Below the pieces are notes generated by a model that saw only the letters and a list, made by a program, of their open reading frames with translations, was not told the DNA's origin and made no database searches. A stretch of DNA of 46,515 bases, taken from NCBI GenBank assembly GCA_032718475.1, contig JAUCBJ010002796.1:1-46515 (forward strand). The letters run 5' to 3'. Positions 1 through 13,000 of the stretch are shown here, piece after piece. The DNA comes from Nemertoderma westbladi. Lineage: Eukaryota; Animalia; Xenacoelomorpha. Numbering within the stretch: position 1 is the stretch's first letter; every line of letters starts with the position of its first letter. Both the position numbers and the translations under genes were made by a program.

Positions 1-1120
1 CTGTGTAGCAGAGAATATGCATGGCGAATCTCGGAAAAATATCGAAGGTGCTGATGGTGACGTCATCGAGGTTCTAGCTAATAATGGCGCCAAGGCCCAG
101 TGCGTGGTACTGGCTCTCTATATTTAGCGCCAAAAAAACCAGGGCTCTACTTGCCTCATAGACGCCGTTATATTATATACTGTAGGTCGTAGGGAGGGTG
201 GCCAGGTAAATATCCTTAATTGGGCACCAAACATTAACCGGGGAGCAAAAAATACAGAAAAGTTGCCAAAACATACAAAAATGTGAGACCATGGTGTAAT
301 TCAGTAAAGAGTAATATTAGTTTGACTAAAACAACAAACGCAACACATCAGGAAAGAAAACAAATGGGGCTAGTTTAGCGCATCAGAGTTTCTGAAACGG
401 ATCTGAAATCTGTAGAACCGTGATATAGAAATAAAATCACAAGTGCGTAATGGTGAGGATAATATAATGCTAGGCCTACTTAATAATGTGGTAGGTGTAT
501 GAATTTAATTTCCTTCCGCTTGGCTCCGGAATCACTGTTTACTGTTCTTTTTGGGTAAGATTATTGTTTGATAAAGATGCGCAAATAAATTTCATAAAAT
601 AAATCGATGACAGGTTAGCCCTATTTGCATACAAGACATTATGAAAGCTTAGTTTTATCCTGTTCTTAAGAACTCCGAATGGTTTAGTTGTACGGTACAC
701 GCGATTTAATGACCATTAATCACTTGCTGAAATGGTAAGATTAGAAAATAATCACATTGCATTAAAAAAGTAATTGCTAAGCAAGGGAAACTCAAACACG
801 TCTTACTAATTTGCATAGTTAACAATGTGTATTTAATGCTGGTTATGTCTGGTGGGTTAAATTTCGCCCCAGGGTGTCAGAAACGTCAACAGTGCGTCAG
901 ATTAGTTTTTGATGGATACAGTTTGGACCACCGCAGGCGTCAGTTGCAGCCTCGACTGTAAAGTGGCATTTTTTCATCAAAAATATTTGTTTATGTTAAA
1001 TCTTAGTTTGCGTGGATCGTATGTGTGTGCATTGCTAAGCGCGGCAGCTACTGTATGATTTGAATAGCCAAACTAATTTTCATCATTACAATAATGCGGT
1101 AATCAAAACGACGATATGTT

Positions 1121-1303
1121 AAGTAATAGTTTATCTCAAAGTAAGTTTAACTCACTTTTCAAGTAATTTGTGAATTTGGGGTCTTTCTACCAGACCTGCT
1201 ACTACCGGTACACAAGTAGCAGGTCTGGTAGAAAGACCCCAAATTCAAATTCACAAATTACTTGAAAAGTGAGTTAAACTTACTTTGAGATAAACTATTA
1301 CTT
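1121..1303. repeat. ~180-bp hairpin palindrome, MITE-like (mirror copy at 18012-18194)
   Basis: aagtaatagtttatctcaaagtaag...agacctgctact, a ~11-nt loop, then the reverse complement agtagcaggtct...gataaactattactt. Arms are ~83 bp, with a 6-bp duplication (aaattc) in one arm. Confidence 0.85.
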
Positions 1304-1542
1304 GGCCTAATTACGGGCCTAATTCCTATCTCATTATGCTGTGTCCTATGGGCGCTACTGGTACTAGATTCTCACCCGACGTATAATGTTATACATTATA
1401 TACAATGTGCTACCTGCAGAGTGATATAATATTTACATTTTCGATTATATTGTTCTTACAGGTTTTTGCTCTTTATACAATAATCTCACATTATCAGTGC
1501 CGGATTAACCTTAAGGCATATCATGTATTATTTACATTCTAG

Positions 1543-1705
1543 AATATTTGGTTTAAGTGGAGTTATAAGGAGTGATTGCAAGGACCCTTACGCTATTCAA
1601 CGTCACGTGGAATGTGAGTGGCCAGAATTACTCAACGTCTGGATAATGTTTGGACTATATCTCGTTCTAGCACCGACCGCTTCCACTTTACTTCTGGAAA
1701 TTAAA
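1543..1705 (+). CDS. Mirror copy of Piezo exon 3 in the left palindrome arm
   Basis: Acceptor ttctag|A at 1541-1543 and donor gttagt at 1706. Encodes (R)IFGLSGVIRSDCKDPYAIQRHVECEWPELLNVWIMFGLYLVLA..., the reverse complement of 17610-17772. Confidence 0.75.
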
Positions 1706-1887
1706 GTTAGTATATTTAATTGTTATTTATTCGTTGCATTTTTGAAAATCGTCCAAGTTTCAGGAAATGTTGTCTCTTAAATAATTTTTCACATATTCGT
1801 GTGTAAAATTGCACTTTATACTTCTGGTCCGAATTTTTCAGAAACACTATTCATTTTCACATTTCCATTTAGTTTTGTTAAAACGTT

Positions 1888-2027
1888 GGCGGTGTAGCTC
1901 AGTTGGCTGAGCGCCTGGCTTATAATCTATTGGTTGTAGGTTCGAACCCAGCCAGGGTTTACTCAGCCTTTCGCGCACTGGAGTCGATAAAATGAGGACT
2001 GTTTGAATCACTGGGAGCAAATCTTGG
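1888..2027 (+). mobile_element. tRNA-derived SINE 5' part: A/B boxes plus a core resembling the Meta/MESC/Sauria-type domain
   Basis: A box in ggcggtgtagctcagttgg, anticodon-like loop cttataa, B box ggttcgaaccc, no 3' acceptor stem. It is followed by actcagcctttc...ggagtcgataaaatgagg, which resembles (from recall) the conserved animal SINE core ACTCAGCCTTCCATCC...GGTCGGTAAAATGAGTAC. Confidence 0.7.
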
Positions 2028-5000
2028 GATAGGAGTAGCGCCCACCCCTACCTTCGGGTAGCAGATAGGAGTAGCGCCCACCCCTACCTTCGGTAGCAGA
2101 TAGGAGTAGCGCTCATCCCTACCTTCGGGTAGCAGATAGGAGTAGCACCCACCCCTACCTTCGGTAGCAGATTGGAGTAGCGCCCACGTCTACCTTCGTG
2201 TAGCAGATAGGAGTAGCGCCCACTTCTACCCTCGGGTAGCAGATAGGAGTAGCGCTCATTCCTACCTTCGTGTAGCAGATAGGAGTAGCGCCCACTTCTA
2301 CCCTCGGGTAGCAGATAGGAGTAGCGCTCATTCCTACCTTCGGGTAGCAGATAGGAGTAGCACCCACCCCTAACTTCGGGTAGCAGATAAGAGTAGCGCC
2401 CACCCCTACCTTCGGGTAGCAGATAGGAGTAGCGCCCACGTCTACCTTCGTGTAGCAGATAGGAGTAGCGCCCACTTCTACCCTCGGGTAGCAGATAGGA
2501 GTAGCGGCCACTTCTACCTTCGGGTAGCAGATAGGAGTAGCACCCGCTTCTACCTTCGGGAAGCAGATAGGAGTAGCGCCAACTTCTACCTTCGGGTAGC
2601 AGATAGGAGTAGCGTCCACTTCTACCTTCGGGTAGCATATAGGAGTAGCGCCCACCACTACCTTCGGGTAGCAGATAGGAGTAGCGCCCATCACCCTTAC
2701 CTTCCGGTAGCCGATAGGAGTAGCGCCCACGTCTACCTTCGGGTAGCAGATAGGAATAGCGGGCACTCTACCTTCGGGTAGCAGATAGGAGTAGCGGCCA
2801 CTTCTACCTTCGGATAGCCGATAGGAGTGGCGCCCACTTCTAACTTCGGGTAGCAGATAGGAGTAGCGCCACCCCTACCTTCGGGTAGCAGATAGGAGTA
2901 GCGCCCGCTTCTACCTTCGGAAACAGATAGGAGTAGCGCCCACTTCTACCTTCGGGTAGCAGACATGAGTAGCGGGCACTTCTACCTTCGGGTAGCCGAT
3001 AGGAGTAGCGCCCACTTCTACCTTCGGGTAGCAGACAGGAGTAGCGGACACTTCTACCTTCGAGTAGCCGATAGGAGTAGCGCCCACTTCTACCTTCGGG
3101 TAGCTGTCAGAAGTAGAGGGCACTTCTACCTTCGTGTAGCAAATATGAGTAGCGCCCACTTCTACCGTCGGGTAGCAGATAAGAGTAGCGCCCACACCTA
3201 CCTTCGGGTAGCAGATAGGAGTAGCGCCCACCCCTACCTTCGAGTAGCAGATAGGAGTAGCGTCCACCCCTACCTTCGGGTAGCAGATAGGAGTAGCGGG
3301 CACTTCTACCTTCGGGAAGCAGATAGGAGTAGCGGCCACTTCTACCTTCGGGAAGCAGATAGGAGTAGCGCCCACTTCTACCTTCCGGTAGCCGATAGGA
3401 GTAGCGCCCGCTTCTACCTTCGGGAAGCAGATAGGAGTAGCGGCCACTTCTACCTTCGGGAAGCAGATAGGAGTAGCATCCACTTCTACCTTCGGGAAGC
3501 AGATAGGAGTAGCGGCCACTTCTACCTTCGGGAAGCAGATAGGAGTATCATCCACTTCTACCTTCGGGAAGCAGATAGGAGTAGCATCCACTTGTACCTT
3601 CGGGAAGCAGATAGGAGTAGCGCCCGCTTCTACCTTCGGGAAGCAGATAGGAGTAGCGGCCACTTCTACCTTCGGGAAGCAGATAGGAGTAGCGTCCACT
3701 TCTACCTTCGGGTAGCAGATAGGAGTAGCGCCCACTTCTACCTTCGGGAAGCAGATAGGAGTAGCGCCCGCTTCTACCTTCAGGAAGCAGATAGGAGTAG
3801 CAGCCACTTCTACTGTACCTTCGGGTAGCAGATAGGACTAGCGGCCACCCCTACCTTCGGGTAGCAGATAGGAGTAGCGCCCACTTCTACCTTCGGGAAG
3901 CAGATAGGAGTAGCGCCCGCTTCTACCTTCGGGAAGCAGATAGGAGTAGCGGCCACTTCTACCTTCGGGAAGCAGATATGAGTAGCGTCCACTTCTACCT
4001 TCGGGTAGCAAATAGGAGTAGCGCCCACTTCTCCCTTCGGGAAGCAGATAGGAGTAGCGCCCGCTTCTACCTTCGGGAAGCAGATAGGAGTAGCGGCCAC
4101 TTCTACTGTACCTTCGGGTAGCAGATAGGAGTAGCGGCCACTTCTACTGTACCTTCGGGTAGCAGATAGGAGTAGCGGCCACTTCTACTGTACCTTCGGG
4201 TAGCAGATAGGAGTAGCGGCCACCCCTACCTTCGGGTAGCAGATAGGAGTAGCGCCCACTTCTACCTTCGGGAAGCAGATAGGAGTAGCGCCCGCTTCTA
4301 CCTTCGGGAAGCAGATAGGAGTAGCGGCCACTTCTACCTTCGGGAAGCAGATATGAGTAGCGTCCACTTCTACCTTCGGGTAGCAAATAGGAGTAGCGCC
4401 CACTTCTCCCTTCGGGAAGCAGATAGGAGTAGCGCCCGCTTCTACCTTCGGGAAGCAGATAGGAGTAGCGGCCACTTCTACTGTACCTTCGGGTAGCAGA
4501 TAGGAGTAGCGGCCACCCCTACCTTCGGGTAGCAGATAGGAGTAGCGCCCACTTCTACCTTCGGGAAGCAGATAGGAGTAGCGCCCGCTTCTACCTTCGG
4601 GAAGCAGATAGGAGTAGCGGCCACTTCTACCTTCGGGAAGCAGATATGAGTAGCGTCCACTTCTACCTTCGGGTAGCAAATAGGAGTAGCGCCCACTTCT
4701 CCCTTCGGGAAGCAGATAGGAGTAGCGCCCGCTTCTACCTTCGGGAAGCAGATAGGAGTAGCGGCCACTTCTACTGTACCTTCGGGTAGCAGATAGGAGT
4801 AGCGGCCACTTCTACTGTACCTTCGGGTAGCAGATAGGAGTAGCGGCCACTTCTACTGTACCTTCGGGTAGCAGATAGGAGTGGCGGCCACTTCTACTGT
4901 ACCTTCGGGTAGCAGATAGGAGTAGCGGCCACCCCTTCCTTCGGGTAGCAGATAGGAGTAGCGTCCACTTCTACCTTCGGGTAGCAGATAGGAGTAGCGC

Positions 5001-8000
5001 CCACTTCTACCTTCGGGAAGCAGATAGGAGTAGCGCCCGCTTCTACCTTCGGGAAGCAGATAGGAGTAGCGGCCACTTCTACCTTCGGGAAGCAGATAGG
5101 AGTAGCGTCCACTTCTACCTTCGGGTAGCAGATAGGAGTAGCGCCCACTTCTCCCTTCGGGAAGCAGATAGGAGTAGCGCCCGCTTCTACCTTCGGGAAG
5201 CAGATAGGAGTAGCGGCCACTTCTACTGTACCTTCGGGTAGCAGATAGGAGTAGCGGCCACTTCTACTGTACGTTCGGGTAGCAGATAGGAGTAGCGGCC
5301 ACTTCTACTGTACCATCGGGTAGCAGATAGGAGTAGCGGCCACTTCTACTGTACCTTCGGGTAGCAGATAGGAGTAGCGGGCCACTTCTACTGTACCTTC
5401 GGGTAGCAGATAGGAGTAGCGGCCACTTCTACTGTACCTTCGGGTAGCAGATAGGAGTAGCGGCCACTTCTACCTTCGGGTAGCAGATAGGAGTAGCGTC
5501 CACTTCTACCTTCGGGTAGCAGATAGGAGTAGCGCCCACTTCTACCTTCGGGAAGCAGATAGGAGTAGCGCCCGCTTCTACCTTCGGGAAGCAGATAGGA
5601 GTAGCGGCCACTTCTACTGTACCTTCGGGTAGCAGATAGCAGTAGCGGCCACTTCTACTGTACCTTCGGGTAGCAGATAGGAGTAGCGGCCACTTCTACT
5701 GTACCTTCGGGTAGCAGATAGGAGTAGCGTCCACTTCTACTGTACCTTCGGGTAGCAGATAGGAGTAGCGGCCACTTCTACTGTACCATCGGGTAGCAGA
5801 TAGGAGTAGCGGCCACTTCTACTGTACCTTCGGGTAGCAGATAGGAGTAGCGGCCACTTCTACTGTACCATCGGGTAGCAGATAGGAGTAGCGGCCACTT
5901 CTACTGTACCTTCGGGTAGCAGATAGGAGTAGCGGGCCACTTCTACTGTACCTTCGGGTAGCAGATAGGAGTAGCGGCCACTTCTACTGTACCTTCGGGT
6001 AGCAGATAGGAGTAGCGGCCACTTCTACCTTCGGGAAGCAGATAGGAGTAGCGTCCACTTCTACCTTCGGGTAGCAGATAGGAGTAGCGCCCACTTCTAC
6101 CTTCGGGAAGCAGATAGGAGTAGCGCCCGCTTCTACCTTCGGGAAGCAGATAGGAGTAGCGGCCACTTCTACTGTACCTTCGGGTAGCAGATAGGAGTAG
6201 CGGCCACCCCTACCTTCGGGTAGCAGATAGGAGTAGCGCCCACTTCTACCTTCGGGAAGCAGATAGGAGTAGCGCCCGCTTCTACCTTCGGGAAGCAGAT
6301 AGGAGTAGCGGCCACTTCTACCTTCGGGAAGCAGATATGAGTAGCGTCCACTTCTACCTTCGGGTAGCAAATAGGAGTAGCGCCCACTTCTCCCTTCGGG
6401 AAGCAGATAGGAGTAGCGCCCGCTTCTACCTTCGGGAAGCAGATAGGAGTAGCGGCCACTTCTACTGTACCTTCGGGTAGCAGATAGGAGTAGCGGCCAC
6501 TTCTACTGTACCTTCGGGTAGCAGATAGGAGTAGCGGCCACTTCTACTGTACCTTCGGGTAGCAGATAGGAGTAGCGGCCACCCCTACCTTCGGGTAGCA
6601 GATAGGAGTAGCGCCCACTTCTACCTTCGGGAAGCAGATAGGAGTAGCGCCCGCTTCTACCTTCGGGAAGCAGATAGGAGTAGCGGCCACTTCTACCTTC
6701 GGGAAGCAGATATGAGTAGCGTCCACTTCTACCTTCGGGTAGCAAATAGGAGTAGCGCCCACTTCTCCCTTCGGGAAGCAGATAGGAGTAGCGCCCGCTT
6801 CTACCTTCGGGAAGCAGATAGGAGTAGCGGCCACTTCTACTGTACCTTCGGGTAGCAGATAGGAGTAGCGGCCACCCCTACCTTCGGGTAGCAGATAGGA
6901 GTAGCGCCCACTTCTACCTTCGGGAAGCAGATAGGAGTAGCGCCCGCTTCTACCTTCGGGAAGCAGATAGGAGTAGCGGCCACTTCTACCTTCGGGAAGC
7001 AGATATGAGTAGCGTCCACTTCTACCTTCGGGTAGCAAATAGGAGTAGCGCCCACTTCTCCCTTCGGGAAGCAGATAGGAGTAGCGCCCGCTTCTACCTT
7101 CGGGAAGCAGATAGGAGTAGCGGCCACTTCTACTGTACCTTCGGGTAGCAGATAGGAGTAGCGGCCACTTCTACTGTACCTTCGGGTAGCAGATAGGAGT
7201 AGCGGCCACTTCTACTGTACCTTCGGGTAGCAGATAGGAGTGGCGGCCACTTCTACTGTACCTTCGGGTAGCAGATAGGAGTAGCGGCCACCCCTACCTT
7301 CGGGTAGCAGATAGGAGTAGCGCCCACTTCTACCTTCGGGAAGTAGATAGGAGTAGCGCCCGCTTCTACCTTCGGGAAGCAGATAGGAGTAGCGGCCACT
7401 TCTACCTTCGGGAAGCAGATAGGAGTAGCGTCCACTTCTACCTTCGGGTAGCAGATAGGAGTAGCGCCCACTTCTCCCTCGGGAAGCAGATAGGAGTAGC
7501 GCCCGCTTCTACCTTCGGGAAGCAGATAGGAGTAGCGTCCACTTCTACCTTCGGGTAGCAGATAGGAGTATCATCCACTTCTACCTTCGGGAAGCAGATA
7601 GGAGTAGCGGCCACTTCTACTGTACGTTGGGTAGCAGATAGGAGTAGCGGCCACTTCTACTGTACGTTCGGGTAGCAGATAGGAGTAGCGGCCACTTCTA
7701 CTGTACCTTCGGGTAGCAGATAGGAGTAGCGGCCACTTCTACTGTACCATCGGGTAGCAGATAGGAGTAGCGGCCACTTCTACTGTACCTTCGGGTAGCA
7801 GATAGGAGTAGCGGCCACTTCTACTGTACCATCGGGTAGCAGATAGGAGTAGCGGCCACTTCTACTGTACCATCGGGTAGCAGATAGGAGTAGCGGCCAC
7901 TTCTACTGTACCTTCGGGTAGCAGATAGGAGTAGCGGGCCACTTCTACTGTACCTTCGGGTAGCAGATAGGAGTAGCGGCCACTTCTACTGTACCTTCGG

Positions 8001-9222
8001 GTAGCAGATAGGAGTAGCGGCCACTTCTACCTTCGGGTAGCAGATAGGAGTAGCGTCCACTTCTACCTTCGGGTAGCAGATAGGAGTAGCGCCCACTTCT
8101 ACCTTCGGGAAGCAGATAGGAGTAGCGCCCGCTTCTACCTTCGGGAAGCAGATAGGAGTAGCGGCCACTTCTACTGTACCTTCGGGTAGCAGATAGGAGT
8201 AGCGGCCACTTCTACTGTACCTTCGGGTAGCAGATAGGAGTAGCGGCCACTTCTACTGTACCTTCGGGTAGCAGATATGAGTAGCGGCTACTTCTACTGT
8301 ACCTTCGGGTAGCAGATAGGAGTAGCGGCCACTTCTACCTTCGGGTAGCAGATAGGAGTAGCGGCCACTTCTACCTTCGGGTAGCAGATAGGAGTAGCGG
8401 CCACTTCTACCTTCGTGTAGCAGATAGGAGTAGCGTCCACCCCTACCTTCGGGTAGCAGATAGGAGTAGCGCCCACTTCTACCTTCGGGAAGCAGATAGG
8501 AGTAGCGCCCATCCCTACCTTCGGGTAGCAGATAGGAGTAGCGCCCACCCCTACCTTCGGGTAGCAGATAGGAGTAGCGCCCACGTCTACCTTCGTGTAG
8601 CAGATAGGAGTAGCGTCCACTTCTACCTTCGGGAAGCAGATAGGAGTAGCGGCCACTTCTACTGTACCTTCGGGTAGCAGATAGGAGTAGCGGCCACTTC
8701 TACCTTCGGATAGCAGATAGGAGTAGCGCCCACTTCTACCTTCGGGAAGCAGATAGGAGTAGCGCCCACCCCTACCTTCGGTAGCAGATAAGAGTAGCGC
8801 CCACCCCTACCTTCGGGTAGCAGATAGAAGTAGCGGCCACTTCTACCTTCGGGTAGCAGATAGGAGTAGCGCCCACCCCTACCTTCGGGTAGCCGATAGG
8901 AGTAGCGCCCGCTTCTACCTTCGGGTAGCAAATAGGAGTAGCGGCCACTTCTACCTTCGGGTAGCAGATAGGAGTAGCGTCCACTTCTACCTTCGGGAAG
9001 CAGATAGGAGTAGCGTCCACTTCTACCTTCGGGAAGCAGATAGGAGTAGCGCCCACCCCTACCTTCGGTAGCAGATAGAGTAGCGCCCACCCCTACCTTC
9101 GGGTAGCAGATAGAAGTAGCGCCCACTTATACCTTCCGGTAGCCGATAGGAGTAGCGGGCATTTCTACCTTCGGGTAGCAGATAGGAGTAGCGGCCACTT
9201 CTACTGTACCTTCGGGTAGCAG
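2028..9222 (+). repeat. 36-bp satellite (gggtagcagataggagtagcgcccacttctaccttc) with a 41-bp variant, roughly 190 units, left arm
   Basis: Directly visible tandem periodicity. The 41-bp units carry an extra 5 bp (cttctaCTGTAccttc). Confidence 0.98.
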
Positions 9223-10095
9223 CGATGGGAAGGTAGGAGTCGTCGGGTCTCCTGTTTCAGCGCATCGGTATATCATGTGTTGCTATGTGCATACACTGTA
9301 TCACCGATTTGGTACTGCCATCCGACTAATTGCTCAACCTATTAATTGAGCTCATTACTCGATATACTGGTATAATATTTTTGAGTGTAGATCATTAGGA
9401 TGCGCTTCCCATGTGGCTTGCCCATTGTATTGCATCCCTAGTGGTACGCTCAAGTTAACATAATTGTATGATTACTGGGAGTGTTGGGTTATATGTCTCG
9501 GTGTGACTATGGTCGGTAGCTTACGGCTCTGTTACGAGTTGAGAGGCCGGCTGATTGCAGTAATTGGCGGAACACAGGTTCATGACGCCTCTGTACGCGT
9601 CGGGCAGTGCTGTGACATGCATCCCCGTATCGCTGCGGTGCATTCCACGGATGCGTTATCTCACTCATAACCTCAACTACGTTGTTGAGGTTATGAGTGA
9701 GATAACGCATCCGTGGTATCCACCGCATGCGTACGGGGATGCATCTCACAGCACTGCCAGACGAGTAAAGGGCGTAATGAACTGTGTCCGCAATTTCTGC
9801 AATAAGCCGGAATCTATCTCTTACAGTGCCGTAAGATACAGTCCATTTCACACAGTGACTTTTATCCCAACACTTTAATCATAATTATGTTAAATTGAGC
9901 GTACACTAGGGTTGAAATTAATTGGGCATGCCAATGGGAAGAGCTTCATATTGATTATCAAAAATATTTTACAGTTTTCAAGTTATTCTCAATTTATGTT
10001 AGCAATTTTCGATGGCAGAAAAATCGGTTTCATGTTGCAATACAAAAAGTAACAGATGGCTGAAACAGGAGACCCGAAGACTCCTCATTCAATAG

Positions 10096-13000
10096 CTGCT
10101 ACCCGAAGGTACAGTAGAAGTGGCCGCTACTCCTATCTGCTACCCGAAGGTAGAAATGCCCGCTACTCCTATCGGCTACCGGAAGGTATAAGTGGGCGCT
10201 ACTTCTATCTGCTACCCGAAGGTAGGGGTGGGCGCTACTCTATCTGCTACCGAAGGTAGGGGTGGGCGCTACTCCTATCTGCTTCCCGAAGGTAGAAGTG
10301 GACGCTACTCCTATCTGCTTCCCGAAGGTAGAAGTGGACGCTACTCCTATCTGCTACCCGAAGGTAGAAGTGGCCGCTACTCCTATTTGCTACCCGAAGG
10401 TAGAAGCGGGCGCTACTCCTATCGGCTACCCGAAGGTAGGGGTGGGCGCTACTCCTATCTGCTACCCGAAGGTAGAAGTGGCCGCTACTCCTATCTGCTA
10501 CCCGAAGGTAGGGGTGGGCGCTACTCTTATCTGCTACCGAAGGTAGGGGTGGGCGCTACTCCTATCTGCTTCCCGAAGGTAGAGGTGGGCGCTACTCCTA
10601 TCTGCTACCCGAAGGTAGAAGTGGCCGCTACTCCTACTGCTACCCGAGGACAGTAGAGGTGGCCGCTACTCCTATCTGCTTCCCGAAGGTAGAAGTGGAC
10701 GCTACTCCTATCTGCTACACGAAGGTAGACGTGGGCGCTACTCCTATCTGCTACCCGAGGGTAGGGGTGGGCGCTACTCCTATCTGCTACCCGAAGGTAG
10801 GGATGGGCGCTACTCCTATCTGCTTCCCGAAGGTAGAAGTGGGCGCTACTCCTATCTGCTACCCGAAGGTAGGGGTGGACGCTACTCCTATCTGCTACAC
10901 GAAGGTAGCAGTGGCCGCTACTCCTATCTGCTACCCGAAGGTAGAAGTGGCCGCTACTCCTATCTGCTACCCGAAGGTAGAAGTGGCCGCTACTCCTATC
11001 TGCTACCCGAAGGTACAGTAGAAGTAGCCGCTACTCATATCTGCTACCCGAAGGTACAGTAGAAGTGGCCGCTACTCCTATCTGCTACCCGAAGGTACAG
11101 TAGAAGTGGCCGCTACTCCTATCTGCTACCCGAAGGTACAGTAGAAGTGGCCGCTACTCCTATCTGCTTCCCGAAGGTAGAAGCGGGCGCTACTCCTATC
11201 TGCTTCCCGAAGGTAGAAGTGGGCGCTACTCCTATCTGCTACCCGAAGGTAGAAGTGGACGCTACTCCTATCTGCTACCCGAAGGTAGAAGTGGCCGCTA
11301 CTCCTATCTGCTACCCGAAGGTACAGTAGAAGTGGCCGCTACTCCTATCTGCTACCCGAAGGTACAGTAGAAGTGGCCCGCTACTCCTATCTGCTACCCG
11401 AAGGTACAGTAGAAGTGGCCGCTACTCCTATCTGCTACCCGATGGTACAGTAGAAGTGGCCGCTACTCCTATCTGCTACCCGATGGTACAGTAGAAGTGG
11501 CCGCTACTCCTATCTGCTACCCGAAGGTACAGTAGAAGTGGCCGCTACTCCTATCTGCTACCCGATGGTACAGTAGAAGTGGCCGCTACTCCTATCTGCT
11601 ACCCGAAGGTACAGTAGAAGTGGCCGCTACTCCTATCTGCTACCCGAACGTACAGTAGAAGTGGCCGCTACTCCTATCTGCTACCCAACGTACAGTAGAA
11701 GTGGCCGCTACTCCTATCTGCTTCCCGAAGGTAGAAGTGGATGATACTCCTATCTGCTACCCGAAGGTAGAAGTGGACGCTACTCCTATCTGCTTCCCGA
11801 AGGTAGGAGCGGGCGCTACTCCTATCTGCTTCCCGAAGGGAGAAGTGGGCGCTACTCCTATCTGCTACCCGAAGGTAGAAGTGGACGCTACTCCTATCTG
11901 CTTCCCGAAGGTAGAAGTGGCCGCTACTCCTATCTGCTTCCCGAAGGTAGAAGCGGGCGCTACTCCTATCTACTTCCCGAAGGTAGAAGGTGGGCGCTAC
12001 TCCTATCTGCTACCCGAAGGTAGGGGTGGCCGCTACTCCTATCTGCTACCCGAAGGTACAGTAGAGTGGCCGCCACTCCTATCTGCTACCCGAAGGTACG
12101 TAGAAGTGGCCGCTACTCCTATCTGCTACCCGAAGGTACAGTAGAAGTGGCCGCTACTCCTATCTGCTACCCGAAGGTACAGTAGAAGTGGCCGCTACTC
12201 CTATCTGCTTCCCGAAGGTAGAAGCGGGCGCTACTCCTATCTGCTTCCCGAAGGGAGAAGTGGGCGCTACTCCTATTTGCTACCCGAAGGTAGAAGTGGA
12301 CGCTACTCATATCTGCTTCCCGAAGGTAGAAGTGGCCGCTACTCCTATCTGCTTCCCGAAGGTAGAAGCGGGCGCTACTCCTATCTGCTTCCCGAAGGTA
12401 GAAGTGGGCGCTACTCCTATCTGCTACCCGAAGGTAGGGGTGGCCGCTACTCCTATCTGCTACCCGAAGGTACAGTAGAAGTGGCCGCTACTCCTATCTG
12501 CTTCCCGAAGGTAGAAGCGGGCGCTACTCCTATCTGCTTCCCGAAGGGAGAAGTGGGCGCTACTCCTATTTGCTACCCGAAGGTAGAAGTGGACGCTACT
12601 CATATCTGCTTCCCGAAGGTAGAAGTGGCCGCTACTCCTATCTGCTTCCCGAAGGTAGAAGCGGGCGCTACTCCTATCTGCTTCCCGAAGGTAGAAGTGG
12701 GCGCTACTCCTATCTGCTACCCGAAGGTAGGGGTGGCCGCTACTCCTATCTGCTACCCGAAGGTACAGTAGAAGTGGCCGCTACTCCTATCTGCTACCCG
12801 AAGGTACAGTAGAAGTGGCCGCTACTCCTATCTGCTACCCGAAGGTACAGTAGAAGTGGCCGCTACTCCTATCTGCTTCCCGAAGGTAGAAGCGGGCGCT
12901 ACTCCTATCTGCTTCCCGAAGGGAGAAGTGGGCGCTACTCCTATTTGCTACCCGAAGGTAGAAGTGGACGCTACTCATATCTGCTTCCCGAAGGTAGAAG

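Noticed and set aside
1888-1960. Functional tRNA-Ile(TAT) gene
   Set aside because: The acceptor stem does not close, the anticodon stem is poor, and the sequence continues into a SINE-like core.
9600-9760. Covalently closed hairpin telomere of a linear replicon
   Set aside because: The sequence is inside an intron of a nuclear gene, with no protelomerase or viral genes. The error gradient fits a read artefact better.
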